This document shows positions 41,041 to 55,052 of a stretch of 64,000 nucleotides of DNA, in pieces. The position numbers and the translations under genes are program-made. The stretch comes from Octopus vulgaris (Eukaryota): assembly GCA_951406725.2 (NCBI GenBank), contig OX597816.1, forward strand, positions 85,312,001-85,376,000. Direction: 5' to 3'. Positions within the stretch are counted from its first letter, which is position 1, and every line of letters starts with the position of its first letter. The notes below the pieces were generated by a model that had not been told where the DNA came from, made no database searches, and was given only the letters and a program-made list of their open reading frames with translations.

Positions 41041-41199
41041 GTTGAATTTTCTGCTGCTTAAAATAAAGCATATTACTCTGCCACTGGTATTTGAGTACTC
41101 TTTTTTCCACCTTGTTTCACATTTATGTGTTTACTCCAGTATATATATATATATATACATACATATTTTTTATACGTATCAACAGATACATAGAAAGAT

Positions 41200-41254
41200 A
41201 GATAAATAGATAGATTAGATAGATAGATTGATAGACAGACAGACAGATAGATAG

Positions 41255-41295
<41 letters not shown>
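41200..41295. repeat. (GATA)n/(GACA)n microsatellite
   Basis: Direct reading. Confidence 0.9.
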
Positions 41296-41297
<2 letters not shown>

Positions 41298-42137
41298 GTT
41301 GTTTTGAGATTTTTAAATGTCAGCAGAAAGATCCGAAACTAACTAAAGTGTCATATCATGCATAGCGCTCCATACCACAGACAAACGTTTGGGTTATTGA
41401 TCCGCATTTGTAAATTTTTTCCGATAAAATTCATATCTATCCATCTATCATTTATAATTGTTTATATATAGATATATATATATACATATGTATGCGTATA
41501 TATATATATATGCATATGTATATGTATATTCATATACTTACACACACGTACGCGCTTACGCGCACACACACACGTACGCGCTTACGCGCACACACACACA
41601 CAAACACACACACATATATACATATTAACGTAGCAAGTCCTATCTTCGGTGCTTGTGCTAGCCGTCTGCAGATATCTGTTAGCGTATATTTATGCGTGTA
41701 CGTTTCTATGAAGACATATATACATACATGCATACGCACACAACCACACACAGTCACTCACATACGCACACCCACTCACACAAAAGAAAATCTATAGCGG
41801 AAAGGACAAGTTTAAACAAAATCGTTATTAATGTAACGCATGAGTGGTGTGTATGCGTTCCTGCTTGTGTTTTTTTTTTTTTTTTTTGCTTAAAAGTACC
41901 CGCTTGTCTATCAAGACGAGCGTGAACAACGCAGGTGTTTAAGGATGAGGTTTATATAAAGTTAATATTTTATGGTGACTAGTATTTCACACGAAATATA
42001 TCATCAATGATTCCTTTGAAGAAATTCTAATTAGTGCGTACTACGCGCATGCAGAAACACGTACATACATAAATATACGTATGTATTTATGCTTTTAAGT
42101 GTATACATATATATTTCTCTATGCCAGCATACAAACA

Positions 42138-42185
<48 letters not shown>

Positions 42186-42275
42186 CCCTTTTGATATCCA
42201 GTATTAGTATTATACGTACTTCAACGTTTGCGTTTGGGCATCTGCTGTGTGTGAATAGATAATTGAAAAATTTCG

Positions 42276-42525
42276 AGTCAAGAAGGAGGCGTACGGTTGG
42301 ACATTTGTTTTCAATTACTACAATTGTTTTTACGTAACGTTGTTCTCCAGGCCTGCAGGTACTTGATAATGTAACTGTAATGTATCGCCTGAGTAAACAC
42401 AACTATATCTCATAATGCTGGGAAACGATTGCATAATCAGATACGTTCATGACTGGAAAATTACGTTACGTACAAACAATTGTAGTGATTGAAGATTAAA
42501 TGTCCAACCGTACCCCTTTTTGACT
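42276..42525. mobile_element. MITE with ~63-bp imperfect TIRs
   Basis: agtcaagaaggaggcgtacggttggacatttgttttcaattactacaattgtttttacgtaacgt matches the reverse complement of 42463-42525. Confidence 0.8.
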
Positions 42526-42622
42526 TCGTCCTCCATCATGGCCCCAGTGAAATGACTGAAACAAGTAAAAGTGTAAAAGATAATAAATGTATGTCTGTCT
42601 GTACATCCATATATTTGTCTGC

Positions 42623-43031
42623 TTACTCTTACTCTTTTACTCTTTTACTTGTTTCAGTCATTTGACTGCGGTCATGCTTGAGCACCGCCTTTTAGTCGAC
42701 CAAATCGACCCCGGGACTTATTCTTTGTAAGCCCAGTACTTATTCTATCGGTCTCTTTTCGCCGAACCGCTAAGTGACGGGGACGTAAACACACCAGCAT
42801 CGGTTGTCAAGCAATGCTAGGGGGACAAACACAGACACACAAACACATACACACATATATATACATATATACGACAGGCTTCATTCAGTTTCCGTCTACC
42901 AAATCCACTCACAAGGCATTGGTCGGCCCGGAGCTATAGCAGAAAACACTTGCCAAAGATGCCACGCAGTGGGACTGAAACCGGAACCATGTGGTTGGTT
43001 AGCAAGCTACTTACCACACAGCCACTCCTGC
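42623..43031 (-). mobile_element. SINE family A, full length (an extra plus-strand tail fragment lies at 42534-42580)
   Basis: Near-identical to 23491-23894. Confidence 0.92.
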
Positions 43032-44472
43032 TTGTTATTTTTGTTTATTTGGTTTTATGAAGAAGGCGCCGCACAATATATCCTTTTATAAATCGAGTTG
43101 TCTGTGAATTTGGATTTTGTACCTGATAAGAATTTTGGACGATTCCATTCACAGCTCTTCACCAATAAAACTAGGATCAAAGGCAATTTGAAACCATTAT
43201 GATGCGGGAATATTGGTGCTTATTATTACAGATTTGCTATGAATTCCATGAACGGAAGAATAGCGATATAACTGCAAACTAATTAGTGGATATAATGTGG
43301 TGTATTTCATTAGTATCATTATGCAATGGTACTAGATTGTTCGGTGAAACGGCTTTAATTCTGCGACTGAATATTTAATGGTTGTCCTAATGAAGAATAA
43401 TGGGAGTAGAACATTCTTGCTCAATTTTCTTTCTATATACTACTCATTGCCTTTTAAGAGAGAACTTTGCAATATCGCAAAAAATATAAACTTAAATATG
43501 AAAATTATGGAGAGTAGGTTATGCAATTACTTGGTATTTCTTCCGTGATAGCGAAATACGGATTCTAGATCCGAATTTAGATTACTGAAATAGTAGGAAT
43601 CAGTACTATATTCAGTAAGAAATATTTTTATTTCGTACAAACCTTCAATCAAGTTACTTTCTCAATGAATGATATCCCAGAATAATGTAAACAATTTCAG
43701 TGATGTAACGTGATTAGCAACGTTATAACTTATCTACAAGTTACAACCTAGAATTAATTAACTGTACAATCAAGTATCTTGCAGTCGTTCAACCTTCTAT
43801 TAATAACAGTCAAGACGGAAGTAAACACTAGAAAATATAGTTCTTGATATACAATTATATATCATCGTTAGGTTTGGAGCACATCCGGTCATGGTTGTAA
43901 CCAGCTAGAGCCAGCATTGTGGTAAACAACAATGTCAAATGGCGTGTAAAAAATAAAAAGGAAGAAGTACTCAAATGAAGATAGATATTGTTGAAAATTT
44001 TTAGGACAGAAATTCAATTGATTTCTAATCGGCAGTTTCACACCCAGTAGAATGAAGCTTAGGGAAATTTCAACATGCACTTCCTACATGACTTACGGCT
44101 CAAAAGGCTTGTTTAACGGGAGTTTTTCGTCTGAAGATTTCCCCCTGCTGTTCGCTCGCCCTGTAACGAGTCTCCACTCCACCCGGCATATACATACATA
44201 TATACATACATCCATTCATCCATACATACATACATACATACCATCAATATATATATGAATAGAGATAGCTAGCTAGATAAATAGATATCGGCTACGGAAA
44301 AAAAGATGTCCAACATGTTGGTACATTCTCTTTGTATGCCTTTTGTTTTGACATATATCTTCATGTATTTAGTAATAGCAATTAGAAAGACATGGCAAGA
44401 AGTTCCAACATGTTGTGATATCTGATAGTTTTATGTCTAATATCTACGTTACTGGTGAGGTGTTAACAATGT

Positions 44473-44806
44473 GGAGGCCCAGTGGTTAAGACAGCGGACT
44501 CGCGGTCGTGGGATCACGATTTCGATTCATAGACCGGGCGTTGTGGGGGTATTGAGCAAAAACATCCAAAGCTCCGCGAGGCTTCTGCTGTACTCTTTCT
44601 CTGCAACATTCTCTCACTTTTTCTTCCTTCTTCTATCGTACTTGTATTTCAAATGGCCAGTATTGTCATACACTGTGTCACGCTGAGACTTCCCGAGAAC
44701 TACGTGTCTGTGGAGTGCTCAGCCACTTACACGTTAATTTCAAGAGCAGGCTGTTCCATTGATCGGATCAGTTGGAACCCTCTTCGTCGTAACCGACAGA
44801 GTGCCA
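44473..44806 (+). mobile_element. SINE family C head with an alternative body
   Basis: ggcccagtggttaagacagcggactcgcggtcgtgggatcacgatttcgattc head shared with 22071; 3' half differs (gagtgctcagccacttacacgttaattt...). Confidence 0.8.
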
Positions 44807-45255
44807 CGCTGTTATCAATGCTTTCTATCATATTTGGTGTCCGTCCAATCATTACGCTTCTATAACATACTTAACTGGCGTGTATTAGATATTTGAGAAT
44901 ATAAGGTAACCAAGTGGTATCTACTCTAACTACAACCTATCAAAGAGAGGTTACAATTTAAAAATAATATTGCATTTTCTGTTATGTCACTAAATATATG
45001 ACATGTAGTATTATGTGAGAAACATGAATAAATTACGATCTAAACATCATTTCATTTCACAACGTAATATATATAACCAATGAAAACTTTTTCCAAAACA
45101 GTGAATAACGCTTTTCTTTACTTTCAGTACCTATGTTACGCGCTTATTGTTAATGCTATTTGCTTGAGAGACACAGCCATCCGGAATCACGTCGTACACG
45201 AGATTCTTTGATCTATTTATGACATATTCTCTCGGTGTAACTTTCCTGAAGAATA

Positions 45256-45427
45256 AGGCAACGATCTGGCAGAATCTTTACCACGCCAGACTAAATACTC
45301 AGTAGTATCTTAGCTGCGACCATACGTTCTAAGTACGAAATGACATTGAAGCCGAGTTCACCTTTCATTGTTTTGGGTTCGATTAATCTGTTTCGACTAA
45401 CAGACTAACGCGTTCCCCAAAATTTCA

Positions 45428-45430
<3 letters not shown>
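45256..45430 (+). mobile_element. SINE family B, old copy
   Basis: aaggcaacgatctggcagaatc...acgttctaagtacgaaat...cctttcattgttttgggttcgattaa. Confidence 0.55.
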
Positions 45431-45476
<46 letters not shown>

Positions 45477-46568
45477 CTTTGCCCATGTTTATTGCTTATA
45501 TGCGAAAATAGGATTTTCATTCGTGACTTCATTTACAATTGAACAACAGATGTTAATAAAGTTAACAAAGGGGCATCTATTTCAATGCTCAAAATACTGG
45601 AAATGGCTACATCTCTCTCAAACTTCCCTACTCCAATTTTAAATAGGAAAGTATATGTGTGATACCGAGTCCTATACATGCTTGCATTTCAGCGTCAAAT
45701 AATTTTATGATTAATGCAAAAGGAATTGGTCAACCAGACTGGAAGAGAATTTTCCGCAGTGATATTTTCTTTGTTGTATCAAACTAAGTTTGTTATTAAA
45801 TCAATGAAAACACAGACACAATGTATGTTGTGCGTCACTAATTCAACTGAGTTTAAAAATTATATCCCCTTTTTTGTCTGCTAGAACGGAAATAAGTGAG
45901 AGAATTAAGATGGGCATGAATTACCAGAGAATACACTGAATTAGTTGAAAAGTGCTTGTTTATTGTTGCTTATATATTATGGATTATTATTAGGCTGTCG
46001 GCTGTCTACGCAAATTCACTTATAGCATTTTTAATGGTTGATTTCAATACATAGGGAAGAGAGGGATTGCTTTGACAAGACAAATGTCGTGCGATTGATG
46101 CATATGCACGGCAAAAAATACAAAAACTTTGTTGGACACTTTTAAATATGATTTTATTACAGGATAGCGTTTGATTTTATTCAGTTTTGCTGGAGATAAT
46201 GCAATTGAAAAAAATCCTTGACGTCATACACTTGCTATCATTGAATGACATACAGCGACTTAGTCGAAAATCTTCAAACTCAAAAATAAGGGCGGAACAA
46301 TTGTCTACACTGGTATAAATATTTCAGTGGGAATGTTCCAAGGTGACAGACAATGCTGCTGTCCCTTTTTTCATTAAATCTGCCTTTTCATTGTCTGAAA
46401 AAAAAGCAGCGACATTATATCATGTGGCTTCTACCCAACTGATGAGTGAACACCAAACGGAAAAAAGAGTTAAATTTGATGCTTAGAATTTCACCAGATG
46501 TTATGCTGGAAATTTGAAGTCACGATGAAAATCCTATTTTCGCATATAAGCAATAAACATGGGCAAAG

Positions 46569-46600
<32 letters not shown>
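45431..46600. repeat. Inverted repeat pair (arms 45431-45531 and 46515-46600)
   Basis: (gt)n gcctttgcccatgtttattgcttatatgcgaaaataggattttcattcgtgacttca matches the reverse complement of the second arm with a single indel. Confidence 0.9.
45950..46450 (+). pseudogene. Very old non-LTR RT relic
   Basis: YYRIAFDFIQFCW resembles DYRKAFDSVPHSW; INISVGMFQGD resembles IKRGIFQGD. Confidence 0.5.
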
Positions 46601-46631
<31 letters not shown>

Positions 46632-46799
46632 AACACACACACATATATACTGCATTGGGGAATATTCTCGTCCAAGAGGGAAACGAGGACCAATGTCCCA
46701 ACGGGGCAGGCTTGCCTTATAATTGCTGAGAATTCGCCGCACGAAATCAATGGAAGCCTTGGTAACCAAACGATGACATAAGTGTTGCTTCGAATCACA

Positions 46800-47530
46800 C
46801 CTCATGGCGTAATGACAATGAAGTAATTTTCTAGTTTAAAACTAACCGGGGCAGAGGCAGGGCAACGTTTATCCGATTCGACATAGTAGATATTTACCCT
46901 CGTATATCGAAAGGGCTTCTGGTAAACGCACTTACTTTTGCTAAGGGCTTCACTCACGATAGAGATGTTGACGTGATGCAGCAAACAAAAAATAAATAAA
47001 TCATTGCTGTTTGATATAGGTTTACCTTGTATCAAGCAAACCGATCCAGTGGGCTCCTTTTATATAATGATGGGACCTTACGACAGCGTGGACATATGCC
47101 AACTTATAGGGCTATATATTTTAGACACATGAAAGAAGAGGCTCCCATTACTTCTTTTTAATCTCTACAAAGATGACGCTCTGGTGATCTCTGGTGGAGA
47201 AAACAAACATACTCTCGATAGTTATAGGAAGGACCTAATTATCACCCTCAGCTCCATGGTGCTTCAGTTAACAATCGAGAACAACCGCACCATTATAAAC
47301 TATTTAAACGTTACGTTAGACTTGAGCGCTTATTCATACAGACCCTACTAAAAAGAAAACGAGAGGCTGTCCTACGTTTACATAGCTTCCTGCTACCCAC
47401 CTATATTGTCCAGGAAACTACTGAAGGGTTTCAGCGAGAGAATCTCGATCCGTTTCTCAAATAAAGAGCGACCACCGTATTACCACAAGGATCTCGCGTC
47501 CAGTAGATTTTAGGACCGCATCTCCTATAC
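46800..47530 (+). pseudogene. Penelope-like element (Naiad-type) RT core fragment
   Basis: FIRFDIVDIYPRISKGLL..ALTFAK; KSLLFD; FYIMMGPYDSVDICQLIGLYIL; LYKDDAL; INYLNVTLDL..SYRPY; SCYPP. Confidence 0.85.
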
Positions 47531-47996
47531 GCCGATCCATGGCACCTGCAAAAGGAAAACGTTAGTGACTACTCCTAAGACACAAGCTTCCCAGTTCTCC
47601 ATATCTTAATCCACTGGACTATTACATGCAGAGAGGTGTTGAGAGAGAGGTCAATGAATACACCCACACCACCAAATATTCTTTGAAAGCTGCCATAGTC
47701 AGAGCAATGCCTAAAATGAACCAGGGTCAATTAATTCGAGCATGTAGAGGATTTAGATCTCATAAAGAAGCAGTTGTTGAAGCTGAATGTTGCTTTATTG
47801 AATAACATTATAGAAAAGAAGGTTTATTTTTATTCCCATAGCATTTTTGATAAGTAAAGTTATCTGGAATTAAATATATGTTTTTTTATAAACATAAATC
47901 TGCCCTCAAATATTTTACACACACTGTATATGTTTATATAAACATACATACATACATGCATACATATATATATACATATATATACATATATATATG

Positions 47997-48045
<49 letters not shown>

Positions 48046-48065
48046 GTACATATAATTATAAATTT

Positions 48066-48134
<69 letters not shown>

Positions 48135-49034
48135 CGTATGTATGTTTATATGTATGAGAATATCTGCGTAGTTCTTAGTATTTTGTATTGTTTCATGTGT
48201 GTGTTGTGTGGAGAACGTATGAATATGTGTGAATATGCAATATAACCCTACGATGTTGGACTTATTGTTCCACGTCAGAAGGATGTACGCCGTACAACAT
48301 AGTCATTAACACTCAGTAATGTCTTGACGCTAGAGAGAAATGAAAGCTATGACTTCATAATTTATACTAAATTTTCTAACTTTGTCGCATATCACATTCT
48401 TAAAACGTTTTACTATCTGCGTATGAACTTTTATTCAATTAAAGGCCATCTAGTTCTTTCCTAGCGAAAAGAATCTGCAAAATGCAGTGGATTAAAAACT
48501 GTGACACTAAATATTTTTTTTTTGTATATTCTTATTTGTCAGATTTTTCCTATTAATTTTCTGTTGGTTATTGAACTAATAGTACAGATTTGTTAAAGTA
48601 CCATCTTCTTTTTATTCTCCAATGCTTACGTGTATGTAAAGCTCTTTATCGAACTGTAGACTGACATAATAACTCATATGATACAGCTGTACTTCGAGAT
48701 TTGATATGCAACTTCCTATCAGACTATGAATTTATTTCTTGAAACTCGTCTAATATTATTCTCCATACCTGAATATATCTTAAGTTCTGTAACAAAATAT
48801 ATCAAATAAAACTGCATTCTACTTATTTCTAGAAAATTAACGTCACCCAATTCATATTTCGCAGTCTTTTTACTACAACATGTATTTTGTTAACGTATTT
48901 TGCTCAACAACACTATCAAAAATACCTTTCAGGAAAATTATATATATGCATTCTGATCGTATATTAAATTTAACTTCCAGTTATTTTGTGATAAAAATCG
49001 GCAAAGGAATTTACATGTTTAGTTAGAAAAATTA

Positions 49035-50595
49035 GGTCATGTCAAGGGTCGAAAGGCTTGACATCCGAGGAACCCCTGAGGAGCTCTTGCAGTTTCTGCA
49101 CAGGGCAAAGCATCTCTGATGTTTATTTCACCCTGTAACGAACTTCTGGAGTAATTCTTTAGACTCAGGTTATATACTAAAACAGCTCAGTCATCCCGGT
49201 TTTCACACAGGGAAACAAAGCCTTCGCAGTCAGCTATCACTCAATCTCACTCACCTTCTAAATCAAAGTGTTAGCAACGGTGGAGAGATCAAGGGTAGCT
49301 GTTTTCCTGGAGAACTACAATCTTCTAAATTCAAGCCGACAGAGCTTTGGCTGCGACAGGGACTGTCTAACACAACTCTTACACTACATCGATGATATCC
49401 TTAAAGCCTTGGCATCAGCTTCAAAATCTGATGTCAAATATCTTGACTTCAGTAACATTTGACAGAGTTGACCATAATATCCTACTATCAAAATTGCCAA
49501 ATATTGGAATCTGTTGGAAATTTTGTACAGTGGATTGAGTATTTCCCTGAGTACAGAACACAGTATGTTGTGATCGGCGGAATCCCCTTAAGCCCAGCAA
49601 AATTCATCAGTGGTGTCCCTCAGGGGTATGTCTTGGAGCCGCTTCTGCTTACAGTATTTATATAAACGACATTTCAAGCGTCATCAAACACAACAAAGTG
49701 AAAATCTTCGCCCATGACTCCGAGCTCCATTATCACCGGTCTGATCTACAAGTTGTAAGTCGATGGGCAGACAAAAACAAAATACAACTAAATGAAAGAA
49801 AATTTGAACTAATGCATTTGGGGAAAAAATGTGCTACAACAGCGACATTCTCTTCCTGCAGGGGAGCCACTCACAGCATCTAATTATATCAGAGACCTAG
49901 GAGTAAAAAATGACAACAATCTTAACTGAAGTGCCTACATCAACAATAAGATCGTAAGGGTCATCATTGTTTTATTCTTCTTTGTTCGGCCATACCTCGA
50001 ATACTGCTGCTCTCTGTGTTCACCCCGCCCCCCCAAAAAAAATTAGAAAATGGAATCACCTCAGAAGGCATTCACTAAAACAATTATGGCATGACTGATC
50101 TCGATTATTGGGACCGTCTTAAAGTACTGAAATTCTATTCTCTCAAAGACTACCGTGAGCCATATATCATTTGCACGATGTAGAGAATAGACCATCAGTA
50201 TGGCACAAATGACCTCACCATTTGTTTCAGGATTCATCCAAGGCTAGGAACACAGGGTGATATGTTCCCTACACATTTCAGGATCACAGCACATAAATAC
50301 ATTGCAACACAATTTCTTTTCGCCAACAGGCCCTGCCCTATTTAACATTGTCCCAAAACAGATCAAAAAGGAAAAGGATCCCATCACCTTTAAACGGAAT
50401 CTGGATAAATCTCTTCAAAGGATAGCAGAAAAGCCGCCTATGATTGGATACAACTCAATCATCAAGAACTCCATTCTCGAATGGGCCACGATACCATAAA
50501 ACGTGACACAAAAAGGATGTAGCAAATCCTAACTGGTGGTGTTAAGTTAGACATGGCCTGGGCTAATCTTTGGTCGAAACTTATGTAAATTAGCT
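49035..50595 (+). mobile_element. CR1-group LINE, decayed RT and 3' end
   Basis: RDCLTQLLHYIDD, YLDFS, SGVPQGYVLEPLL, IFAHDS, GPALFNIVPK; tail ggtggtg...catggcc...ggtcgaaac. Confidence 0.88.
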
Positions 50596-51152
50596 ACGTT
50601 ATTTATATATATGTATATGTATATATGAATATATATATATATGTGTGTGTGTGTCTGTGTGTGAATAGGTTTATGTATATATATATCCACCAAAATCTTA
50701 TTTTCGCTATTAAACTATATGCAGATTTTTCATATATGCTCATAATACCTTTGTATAAAGCATGATTGTCACAGATTCCTTCAACTGCGTGGTCGGTATA
50801 TATGATAATCCAATCGTGGATAACACCACTCAGGAATTTATTAGCTTCAATTATTTTTCCAATATATTAGCGTGATTTCTCATATTGTTTCTACCTCCAC
50901 ACCCGCCAATCTACCATTTTCTCTCCCAACCCACCTCTTTACCTCCCTACTAACATAATTATATATAAATATGTCTGTGTGTGCCTGAGCTTGTGTGCAT
51001 TTGTGTGTGTATATACATTATCGTGCACATATTTTCATTTTCACACACACATATACATATATATATAGGCATGCATATATGTTTATATATATGCAATTAT
51101 ATGTGTACATGTATGTATATAGACACACACACACCTTATATGTATATATGTG

Positions 51153-51201
<49 letters not shown>

Positions 51202-51275
51202 GTATATACATGTACATACCTATACCTACACTATATACATATACATGGATATATGTATATAGATACACACACACA

Positions 51276-51338
<63 letters not shown>

Positions 51339-51729
51339 TAGACAGTCCAATAATCTTAGTGATAATTGACCACCTCCTTAATATGTCAGCCACAACAAAA
51401 CCTACACGCACACACGGAGACTGCCATATATAAACACGTATTGTACACCCATTTTTATCAACACATACCCCTATAAAATATATATTAACGTTACAAAACA
51501 ATATTTGAATAGATGAAAACGTTTTAGATTAAAATACACCCTAGGAAAGTAATAATTATTGTTTCTTTGTTGCTTTTAATAATAATACTGAAAGTCAATT
51601 GTAAATTTAATAATATATCTTCTTTGTAATGTATAAACATTAAGCAAATTTCGTTTTTTCTTTTTGTATGTTTTAATATATTATTTTAATTTCCACTTTT
51701 TTTCTTTTCCTTTTATATCTAATAATATT

Positions 51730-51880
51730 GTTTCTTAACTTAGGCATAAGGCTGAAAAACTTTATGATGGTGGCGGCGTCGTTTTAATCGACCTAGGTAC
51801 TTTGACTGTGCTTTATTTTATTGACTCTGGAATGATGAAAAGTAAAGAGAACGCAGGCGTTGTTTGAACTCAGAACCAAT
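51730..51880 (-). mobile_element. SINE family B, old partial copy
   Basis: taggcataaggctgaaa...tttattttattgactctggaatgatgaaaagtaaag...tttgaactcagaac. Confidence 0.55.
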
Positions 51881-53797
51881 ATGAAATTAACCTTTTAACA
51901 GTATTTTCAAATCGTGAGCGCATCTCGTCCGTCTATTATGGATTTCTAATATAGGTGCAATATTAAACAATATTCGTCTAAACAGTTTTTAAAAAGCAGA
52001 GTGTTACAAATTTATGGGAGGCAGAATACTTACTGAATTCGATGCAGTAGTTAATTGCGTCGTTAACATTCCCAGAATGAGGCGAAAATATATTTTTCAC
52101 GGGAGTTGAACTCAGAAGGCAAATGCATCTCTTTTCTGAATCTACTGCTTGCACTATTTTGGACATGATAGTTATAATTTCCTTCAATCACAGTAGGTGG
52201 TACTTATAAAGATGTTGATTTTGCTTCTTATACGATTGCACTGATGCTAATACTTAAATGTGTTTGATTTGGAAAGGTGGAAGCAAAGGGATAACTGAAT
52301 CATTTTATCTCACAACGTAGTGGGTAATAATAGTTGGTTTCTGCTTCTCCTATTTCATCACCATCTTTACTCAGCTTGTATTGATTCTTTTGGAGTGGAT
52401 TCAAAGCGTAGATTTCAGAGAAAGACAACATGATATTCCATACTCAAGCACGTTCACAAGGAACATTGATAAAAAGGTAAAACACTGTACATATTCCGAC
52501 TGAAAGAATTTTCATTAGAATTATACTATAGAGTTCGACAGTTTGGGAATATTGATGCACGTAAATTAGAGGGATTTTAATTAGCATGAATTGTAGATTG
52601 TTGAGAAAAATGCTTGAAGGTGTATAGTTTCATTCGTTTGCGTTCACTTCTGAATTTCAATTAGGCGGAATTTTTTTTTAATTCAATAGAGTTAACACAA
52701 ATGTATAGGCAGTAAAGCGACTGTAATTCAATCGCATATACCCGTTTCACATACATTTTATACTCTGGTGAATTTTAAATGAATATTACTTGACATTAAA
52801 TAGTGAAAAAGCAATAAAAGCAACAGATCGCCAGGGAGAATAATTTCAGCTTTTAGTCCAGGTCAAGTCCAAAAGAAGTATTCTTCTTTATTCATATCTT
52901 CAGGAAACCTGAAATAATTAATGTTACCTTCACAGAGAAAGGGAAAATTTTCTGTGAAAGTTAGGCTGTCATCCTTAAAAGGATGTAATGTTGAAACTTT
53001 TCCAACCCTCAATTCAGATAATTCTTTCAACAATTGCGCATTGTAGTTTACTAGTGTGGTAATTTGATAATAAAAAGTACCTATTTTATTTTTATAACAG
53101 TAGGTACGTATTTTGTAAATACTGATCAGAGTTCCTATTATCTAAGCTATTTCCCGAGAGAATAATATTAAATTCGCAGGAAGACAAGTGTTTATAACAA
53201 AATCTATAAAGGAAAATAATATCTTCTCTAATTGATATGCCTGTTCTGGATAGTAATTCTGACATACAGAGAAAGGTAACTGAGAGCGCACACTGTGGAT
53301 GTAATGAAAACATATGATAAATAATTGCTGTTTGTTTAAATGTAGACGCACTGGCGTGATTATTACACAGTCGATACAGATCTATGTTAATGGATGTGTA
53401 GTATGAAAAGAATTTCATTGACACTTATGGGCTATATCATTAATTCAAATGTTTTCAAGCGTATACTGATTCCCTAAGACCAGATAATGAACAGTATTTG
53501 AGCGAGATCTTGAAGGATTTTAAAACAAGCATAAATGATTTTATGATCAGTAAATTAAGCATTTAAGTATAATGAACCTTAGAGATAATACTATTAAAAT
53601 ATTGGTGGCTTTTATGATGAAATGATAGTAATTGGCAAATTTATTAAAGATACATGTGATTTTGGAATACTTTGAATCTTGTACTCTAGCTGGAAGCGTA
53701 CAAATCTTTCCCAAGATGAAGAACTTTCTTCGATACCTACCTACCTACTTACATACATACATACATGCATGCATACATACATACAAACACACATATA

Positions 53798-53854
<57 letters not shown>

Positions 53855-54060
53855 TTTCGACCTGATGTGAGTTGTCTCACTTTCCTATGACATATTTTCA
53901 GATGACTTTAACACCAAGCGTATTGAGAATATATTCTCTTACGGCTAAAACGTAGCCAGCTCACGAATTAACACCACGCATACCTTGTGTATGTGTGTTT
54001 GATTTTGTTTATCTCTCTCTCTCTCTCTCTGTCCCCCCTATATATATACATATATATATT

Positions 54061-54118
<58 letters not shown>

Positions 54119-54390
54119 TCTGTTTGTATGTATATGTATGTACATATATACAATGTAATTGCTGGACGAAATTTAAAACCGTAAAAGAAAAGCTTAATCG
54201 TCGCTAATCGTGACTGAGGGTGCCGAATAGCACATATATTGCAAGACATAAGAATTAAAGCTCTTTTTGCTATATAACACTATATATACACTAACAACTA
54301 ATATAACTTCCCCATGAGTGATGCTAGGAGCACGGACTAGAATAGTCTCTGCTCCAAACATCGCTCGTGAGACGGTTATCTTCCCTGCCA

Positions 54391-54461
<71 letters not shown>

Positions 54462-54515
54462 GCGGTGCTATCCAGTACTCTCAGTCCCAATTAGTGATGA
54501 TTAAATATATATATA

Positions 54516-54779
54516 TTCTTTTATTCTTATATTTGTTTCAGTCATTTGACTGCAGGCGTACTGCAGCACCGCCTTTTCGTCAAAAAAATCGTTGCCAGGA
54601 CTTATTCTTTGTAAGCCTATTACTTTTTCTAACAGTTTCTTTTGCTGAACCGCTTACTTACGGGGACATAAACACACCAGCATCTGTTATCAAGCGATGG
54701 TGGAGTGATAAACACAGATACACAAGCATATACGCACAAATATATGCACACGCACGCACACACACACACATATATATAT

Positions 54780-54828
<49 letters not shown>

Positions 54829-54969
54829 ACGGGCTTTCATTCAGTTTCCGCCTACCAATTCAACCTACAATGCTTTGGTCAGCCTTGCCCAAGGTGCCAC
54901 GTAGTGGGACTGAAACCGAAAAAATTGATTGGTAAACAAGGTACTTACCACACTCCCACTCATGCGCCT
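54516..54969 (-). mobile_element. SINE family A, diverged copy
   Basis: ttgtttcagtcatttgactgc...gtgccacgtagtgggactgaaacc...cttaccacac...gcgcct. Confidence 0.85.
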
Positions 54970-54992
54970 ATATATTTATATATATAAATATA

Positions 54993-55049
<57 letters not shown>

Positions 55050-55052
55050 TTT

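Larger units (their letters stand above)
39526..41139. mobile_element. Palindromic PLE terminal-repeat (pLTR) insertion in (TA)n: inverted arm 39526-40208, short direct piece 40206-40425, direct arm 40426-41139
   Basis: Arms are near-identical reverse complements over ~640 bp; hammerhead motif plus AATAAA near each outer end; same family at 55053-56670. Confidence 0.85.

Noticed and set aside
47030-47400. Selenocysteine read-through in the Naiad-type PLE RT
   Set aside because: The single in-frame TGA is not at an evident conserved Cys, a TAA stop is also present, and no SECIS was seen; ordinary decay explains it
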